From positions 10,788,001 through 10,852,000 of the forward strand of contig NC_135908.1 in NCBI RefSeq assembly GCF_964194155.1: DNA of 64,000 nucleotides. The letters run 5' to 3'. Shown in pieces: positions 58,801 through 64,000 of this stretch. The DNA comes from Cetorhinus maximus. Its lineage: Eukaryota. Each line of letters begins with the position of its first letter. The stretch's first letter is position 1. The notes beneath the pieces are model-generated. The model had not been told where the DNA came from. It saw only the letters and a list, made by a program, of their open reading frames with translations, and did no database searches. The translations under genes and the position numbers were made by a program.

Positions 58801-61800
58801 ATCCAGCTGCCTTCAAACTGAGCCATTGAGATCCTTACACATGGAGTGTTCCTGTTGGCCACAGTCTCTCTGTAGGGACAATTCCCACTTATCCAAGTCT
58901 AGAGAGCTCTGCAGAAGTTGGCAGGAAGGGCTTTGCTGCAGTTGAACTAACTGAACCCACACACCTTACTTACAGTATTAACTGAAGCCTAGGGGAATGA
59001 ATCCCAACCCTAGCAACAGGTCAATCCAAACCAAGTCCCAGTAGTAATCCAGACTGGTTGGTTGATCAAGTCCCAGGGTACTGTGGGTCAAGTTTCAGAT
59101 TACAGAGACCATGAGATTCTTCACCAGCATGTTGTCTTGGAACTACCTTGATCCTATGCAGAAAGCTGTGGAGTTCCCTCTTCCACTCCATCAGGATAGT
59201 CGCTAACTGGTAGCAGAAGTTTCGCACTGAATCCCATGGACCAGTGATCCCACAAGTAGGAGGTGCAGAGTTTCAGCAGCAGCTATATCCCTGAAACCCA
59301 GTTATGAGGGTCACTGGATTTGGATAGACGAGTATGTGCGCTCAGACTATGTAATGCACCCTTTCCCCCAAAGTTTTCAGTTTCCTCGTCAACTGTATGA
59401 TAGAAATTTGCTCCAGTGAAGGCTGAAGAAGAGTGGGAGAGAAAGACAGAGACAGCTACAACACGAGACAGGAACATGGTTTTGTCTGTGAGCAATATTA
59501 TCAGCATGTGGTTACTTCATTAAAGATCTTCATTTCAACTCCGTCCTCAGGTAAATACATTATTAATGTGGTACCCAGCTATACAGTCCAGTGGCTCAAT
59601 CCCCAGCCTGTGCTAAGCTAACTCATCTCAGCTGGGAGAATGGCGAGGGTGCAGAATTTCCCCAGCAATCCTGGGGTAGAGAGAGGAAAAACGGATCAAC
59701 TGGGGTCCCTGATCCTGGTCACAATTGAGTGAGTGTCTGCACACTGGATGAAGGATGTGCTGCCTTCCATGATCCAGTAGCCCACTGCCTCTCATTGTTT
59801 CAGCTCATACCTAAAGAATGGCCATTAGTCAAGGTACTGGAGACTGATGGGCATCCATGAAACCATATCACGACAGAGATCAGCACCGGCGGCAAGCTGA
59901 ATACTGGGCAAGATTATTACCTTTATCTTAGTCTTTGTTTTCAGGACAAGTTCTTCATCTTCAGAGGGAATATCTTCAAAATAATCTATTTCTTCATCAT
60001 CATCTTTCTGCTTCCCTTCTTCCTTCTCAACTTTCTTCAAAAAATCTTCCATTTCCGAAAGTCTAAAGAATTTATCGTCCAGTTCTGAGCTGCTGGCAAA
60101 CCTTGGGCTCTTTCTCTGGAGTTTAGTCCTTTTCTCAACTTCATCAATATCAAAGTTGAGGTCAGAATCTTCATCACTAGGATTTTCTGTTTGAACATGT
60201 TCCCTGTCCACTGTCTGCTTTTTTGACTCTTCCTCCTCCTCATCACTCCCCTCCCCAATCTCACCATCTGCTTCTGTAGACTCGTTATTTTGGAACTCTT
60301 CCTCAGGAGCTTCAATCTCCACATCTTCTGTATCAATCAGTCTGATAAGAGTGTCCTGAAGTAAAAAAGCCACTGTATTCTTGAAATAGTTTAAGACCGA
60401 ATTGTTCTGCAGTTCGATCTCCTGCCAGATCTGCTCCTCATCAAACTGTTCTACCACCAGCTCCTTCAGCGGGCTTCCAGCAGTAGACTCTGGCTCTTGC
60501 ACCTTCTGAAAATCGTACAGCTCCTTAGTGAGAACAGTGAAGTCAGACGCCAAGCCATCCTGTACACTAGGAGAGAGAGAGGAACAGTGTTAATCCAAAA
60601 TCTCACCCTCAAACACAACAGCTCAGGATTCACTTCTTACATATTACATTCTGCCACCCTCCAATCTTCTCACAAACATGTTGACTCCTGTGGTTCTACA
60701 GGAAAGTCTGCTGCCAAGGTGCAAACCAGGTGGTGCACTCCCGGTCAGTATAACTGGGATCCGGACGGCGCGCTCCCGGTCAGTATCACTGGGATCCGGA
60801 CGGCGCGCTCCCGGTCAGTATCACTGGGATCCGGACGGTGCGCTCCCGGTCAGAATCACTGGGATCCGGACAGTGCGATCCCGGTCAGTATCACTGGGAT
60901 CCGGACGGTGCGCTCCCGGTCAGTATAACTGGGATCCGGACGGTGCGCTCCCGGTCAGAATAACTGGGATCCGGACGGTGCGCTCCCTGTCAGTATAACT
61001 GGGATCCGGACGGTGCGCTCCCGGTCAGAATAACTGGGATCCGGACGGTGCGCTCCCTGTCAGTATAACTGGGATCCGGACGGCGCGCTCCCGGTCAGTA
61101 TCACTGGGATCCGGACGGCGCGCTCCCGGTCAGTATCACTGGGATCCGGACGGTGCGCTCCCGGTCAGAATCACTGGGATCCGGACGGTGCGATCCCGGT
61201 CAGTATCACTGGGATCCGGACGGTGCGCTCCCGGTCAGTATAACTGGGATCCGGACGGTGCGCTCCCGGTCAGTATAACTGGGATCCGGACGGTGCGCTC
61301 CCGGTCAGAATAACGGATCCGGACGGTGCGCTCCCGGTCAGTATAACTGGGATCCGGACGGTGCGCTCCCTGTCAGTATAACTCGGATCCGGACGGTGCG
61401 CTCTCGGTCAGTATAACTCGGTTCCATAAGTGGCTCCTCGCTGGACTCCGGAGCCGCTGTCTCCCTGCCCCGGTTACCCAATGGGGAGCTCGGGCCGCCC
61501 CGGTTACCCGATGGGGAACTCTGGCCGCCCCGGGTTCCCGGTTACCCGATGGGGAGCTCGGGCCGCCCCGGTTACCCGATGGGGAGCTCGGGCCGCCCCG
61601 GGTCCCCGGTTACCCAAGCCGCCCCGGTTACCTGAGCAGCAGCTCCGGGGAGCTCGGGCCGCCCCGGTTACCCGAGCCGGGAAGCCCGGGCCCCCCCAGG
61701 TTACCCGAGCCGCCCCCGGTTACCCGAGGCGGGGAGCCCGGGCCGCCCCGGTTACCCGAGCCGGGAAGCCCGGGCCCCCCCCAGGTTACCCGAGCCGCCC

Positions 61801-61928
61801 CCCGGTTACCCGAGCCGCCCCCGGTTACCCGAGGCGGGGAGCCCGGGCCGCCCCGCTTACCTGAGCAACAGCTCCGGCCGCTCCGCCGCGCGCTCCAACC
61901 GCCGTGCGCACTCGCCCAGCGCCGCCAT
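49711..61928 (-). CDS. MPHOSPH10: U3 snoRNP protein MPP10 (M-phase phosphoprotein 10), about 662 aa
   Basis: 11 exons (minus): 61928-61861, 60566-59921, 58444-58290, 56492-56321, 55432-55291, 54959-54892, 53611-53474, 52508-52398, 51476-51369, 50878-50648, 49860-49711; total 1989 nt, in phase. Motifs [34 protein letters not shown]...[25 protein letters not shown]-terminal KLKL*. Confidence 0.96.
50648..50878 (-). CDS. MPHOSPH10: MPHOSPH10 coding exon 10
   Basis: [27 protein letters not shown]...GKATLLK. Confidence 0.93.
51369..51476 (-). CDS. MPHOSPH10: MPHOSPH10 coding exon 9
   Basis: [36 protein letters not shown]. Confidence 0.94.
52398..52508 (-). CDS. MPHOSPH10: MPHOSPH10 coding exon 8
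   Basis: [37 protein letters not shown]. Confidence 0.93.
52760..53043 (+). repeat. 33-bp minisatellite family array (about 8-9 units)
   Basis: Same unit as 30598-31097. Confidence 0.92.
53474..53611 (-). CDS. MPHOSPH10: MPHOSPH10 coding exon 7
   Basis: [46 protein letters not shown]. Confidence 0.94.
54772..54851. repeat. Perfect 29-bp inverted repeat with 22-nt spacer
   Basis: tgttaggttggagattttcctgagtaact (54772-54800) / agttactcaggaaaatctccaacctaaca (54823-54851). Confidence 0.95.
54892..54959 (-). CDS. MPHOSPH10: MPHOSPH10 coding exon 6
   Basis: [23 protein letters not shown]. Confidence 0.93.
55019..55165 (+). mobile_element. Penelope-like terminal element with two divergent hammerhead-like cores
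   Basis: Minus: CTGATGA-AGG..CCT-GAAAC; plus: CTGATAA-AAG..CTT-GAAACGTT; then gatgctgcctggcctgctgag tail. Confidence 0.6.
55291..55432 (-). CDS. MPHOSPH10: MPHOSPH10 coding exon 5
   Basis: [47 protein letters not shown]. Confidence 0.93.
55788..55886 (-). mobile_element. Penelope-like terminal fragment
   Basis: gcagatgttggagatctgaaat...aacaggtcaggcagcatctgtggagag. Confidence 0.6.
56321..56492 (-). CDS. MPHOSPH10: MPHOSPH10 coding exon 4
   Basis: [11 protein letters not shown]...[12 protein letters not shown]...[10 protein letters not shown]. Confidence 0.9.
57165..58195 (+). mobile_element. CR1 LINE, 5'-truncated
   Basis: [14 protein letters not shown]...[11 protein letters not shown]...[16 protein letters not shown]. 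Confidence 0.92.
58290..58444 (-). CDS. MPHOSPH10: MPHOSPH10 coding exon 3
   Basis: [16 protein letters not shown] plus acidic stretch. Confidence 0.9.
59921..60566 (-). CDS. MPHOSPH10: MPHOSPH10 coding exon 2
   Basis: [19 protein letters not shown]...[23 protein letters not shown]|gtaata. Confidence 0.94.
60735..61422 (+). repeat. 35-bp CpG-rich minisatellite (about 20 units) in MPHOSPH10 intron 1
   Basis: cgctcccggtcagtatcactgggatccggacggtg repeats. Confidence 0.95.
61466..61860 (+). repeat. GC-rich tandem repeat with ccggttaccc core in MPHOSPH10 intron 1
   Basis: About 13 copies of ggttacc(c) in units such as ggggagctcgggccgccccggttacccg. Confidence 0.85.
61861..61928 (-). CDS. MPHOSPH10: MPHOSPH10 coding exon 1
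   Basis: aagATGGCG strong Kozak context; [24 protein letters not shown]|gtaagc. Confidence 0.88.
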
Positions 61929-62989
61929 CTTGCCGCCCGGCGTGGGGTAACACTGAGATCGTCCCCGGAGCTCCGAGCCCCTCACACCCAGTTCCGGTTC
62001 CGTCCCCGTCCCCCTCACTCCTCTTTCCCGCCGCTTCTCAAAAGTTTTCGCCGATTTGGGGGCGGGATGTCCGCGCGTTAACTGACCTGAGGCAAATGTA
62101 ATGAGGTGTTAGGGTCTGAGGAGGCTGAACGTAAATCTCGAGGCCTCAAGCGTGGGGGCGGCCCGGATCAGTGTCTCCCGGGAGCTTGAACCGTTCTCTG
62201 GTCGAAGCGGCGGGAAAGCGGGGAGCCCGGGCCGCCCCGGGTACCTCAGCAGCAGCTCCGGCCCGCGAAATGTACCTCAGCCCCTGTCAAAGAATGGAGC
62301 TGAAAACAAAGATAATCCGTCCGATAATCCACCTCATAAACAACTGGGATTCAGGACAAAGGAGCTGCCTTCTTCCGACGAGGTGTCACCCAAGCTGGAC
62401 TGTGGTAACTTTGACAATCTGTTGGACGTAAACATTTTTTTAAAAAAAAAACCCCCGTTAAATATTATTATGTTAACTGTTAAAAGCTTGGAACTAATTG
62501 TTAGGTGTAAGTTTTCCGACGGGTCGCATTTCACAGCTGCACTGGAGTCACGTGATGTGTAAGGGAAGTTTAAATTGTTTTTTTTTACAAGGCAGCATGA
62601 CCAATATTAAACCAGAGTTCTCATCTTTCCAGGCTTGAAACGTGATTATTAACAACATCAAGGGACCAAAATGGTAGAGGCGATCTGCAGATGCTTCTAA
62701 ATAAACATTAAGTTTATTTACAATATACTCAGCAGCAACTACACCTGTGCTTTCAACTCCAACTCTTATCTCTGCACTGATTCCTGAGGTAGCCCACGCT
62801 ACTGTCTTATTGGTTACCACATGCGATCTTCCTGACAAGTATTATTCATAAATACATGCTAAATAAAACAATTACTACATTTCTCCCCCTTTAACTCAGC
62901 TATACATATATTTACAAGTACATATTTTTCAAGACAACATAATATTTACTCTGGGTAAGGAATTTACAAGTTCGGTCTTTCAGTTGGTT

Positions 62990-64000
62990 TCCTGTTACGC
63001 GTGGAACGTTGCAGCTCCACAACTTCAGATTCTTTACCAGGAACCTCCTTTTCTGGATTTGCCTGAACATCAGGTGCTTCGGTGGGCACTTGCAGTTCTG
63101 TATCCTCAGCTCAGAAAGCAGCACGGAGTTTGGAGATAGAAAGCCCATAAAGCACTGGAGTTCGGAGAAAGAGAGCCCATAAAGCAGCGCAGAGTTCAGA
63201 GAGGGAGAGAGTGCACAAGGAAAGCAGACCTGCATGAGAAAGGAGCGACGGTGGGAGATAAAAACTGGCGGCAGAGAGCCCCTTCAACCCGCTTCTACCT
63301 ATCGGAGCTGAAGTGTGACGTTCGTGTCTCTCCTCTTGATTGGCCAAGTGGTTTAAATCAGGAGACATTATTAAAGCTGAAGAGTACAGTTAAGAAATTC
63401 ACTTCTAAAATAAAGAGAAAATTTATTATGAAAATAAATTGACAAGAAATATAAAAACAAACAGCAAGAGCTTCTATGGGTTTTTAAAAAGAGAGTGGCT
63501 AATGTGAGCATGGGACCCTTGGAGGATGCAACTGGAGAATTGATAATGGGAAACAGGGAAATGGCAGATAATTTAAACCAATATTTTGCATCAGTCTTCA
63601 TGGTGGAGGACACTATAAACACCCCAAAGATATCAGATAAGCAAGGAGCTAATGGGAGGTAAAATCTTGTAACAGTTTCTATCATGAGGGACAAGTATTT
63701 GACAAACTAATGGGACTAAAGGCAGACAAGTCGCCAGGGCCTGATGGCCTGCATCCAAGGATTTTAAAGGAAGTGGCTGCAGAGACAGTGGAGGCATTGG
63801 TCGAAATATTCCAGAACTCACTGGATTCCAGAAGGGTCCCAGCGGGTTAGAAAACCGCTAATGTGGCGCCCCTGTTCAAGAAAGGAGGGAGACAAAAAGC
63901 AGGAAACTATAGGCTGGTCAGCCTAACATCCATTGTTGGGAAAATGCTGGAGCCCATTATTAAGGATATTTAGAAAAGCTTAACGCAATCAAACAGAGTC
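62990..64000 (+). mobile_element. CR1 LINE (possible 5' UTR-like segment plus ORF2 pre-RT/RT start), runs off the window
   Basis: KADKSPGPDGLHPRILKE, ANVAPLFKKGGRQKAGNYRLVSLTS at about 63715-63935. Confidence 0.8.

Larger units (their letters stand above)
61430..62300. promoter_or_regulatory. CpG island / MPHOSPH10 promoter and first exon
   Basis: Very GC- and CpG-rich stretch spanning exon 1, GC-box-like GGGGCGGG near 62060. Confidence 0.65.

Noticed and set aside
58840-59480. Possible ancient LINE endonuclease remnant (also near 51900-52370)
   Set aside because: Motif resemblance is too weak to call without a profile search.
61930-62600. Expected head-to-head MCEE first exon; 136-aa ORF at 62152-62562
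   Set aside because: No convincing ATG plus donor or MCEE-like peptide was found, and the ORF resembles nothing I recognise.

Overview
Vertebrate genomic DNA, most likely from a cartilaginous fish (inferred from abundant CR1/L2 LINEs, shark-type tRNA-SINEs and Penelope-like end fragments), with one 200-N gap at 568-767. It holds three multi-exon genes in the order also seen in mouse and chicken. MTMR10 (+) shows 14 coding exons at 6225-29547; its first two coding exons were not found. FAN1 (-) has 13 coding exons at 48094-36565 (about 779 aa). MPHOSPH10 (-) has 11 coding exons at 61928-49711 (about 662 aa). All traced junctions are GT-AG with consistent phase. Main observations: (1) this FAN1 keeps an intact nuclease core but appears to lack the UBZ4 zinc finger, the adjacent PIP motif and the SPYF MLH1-binding motif; (2) its promoter is a tandem array of CCAAT plus GC-box units; (3) short Penelope-like end fragments carry degenerate hammerhead-ribozyme cores, 10-15 bp target-site duplications and inverted arms; (4) an MPHOSPH10 intron-1 repeat is built from copies of the exon-1 splice donor; (5) a perfect 29-bp hairpin lies next to an MPHOSPH10 exon; (6) one 33-bp minisatellite family has expanded at several sites. 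Most ORF-track entries are repeat-derived or antisense shadows. Ortholog comparisons are from memory, not from alignments.
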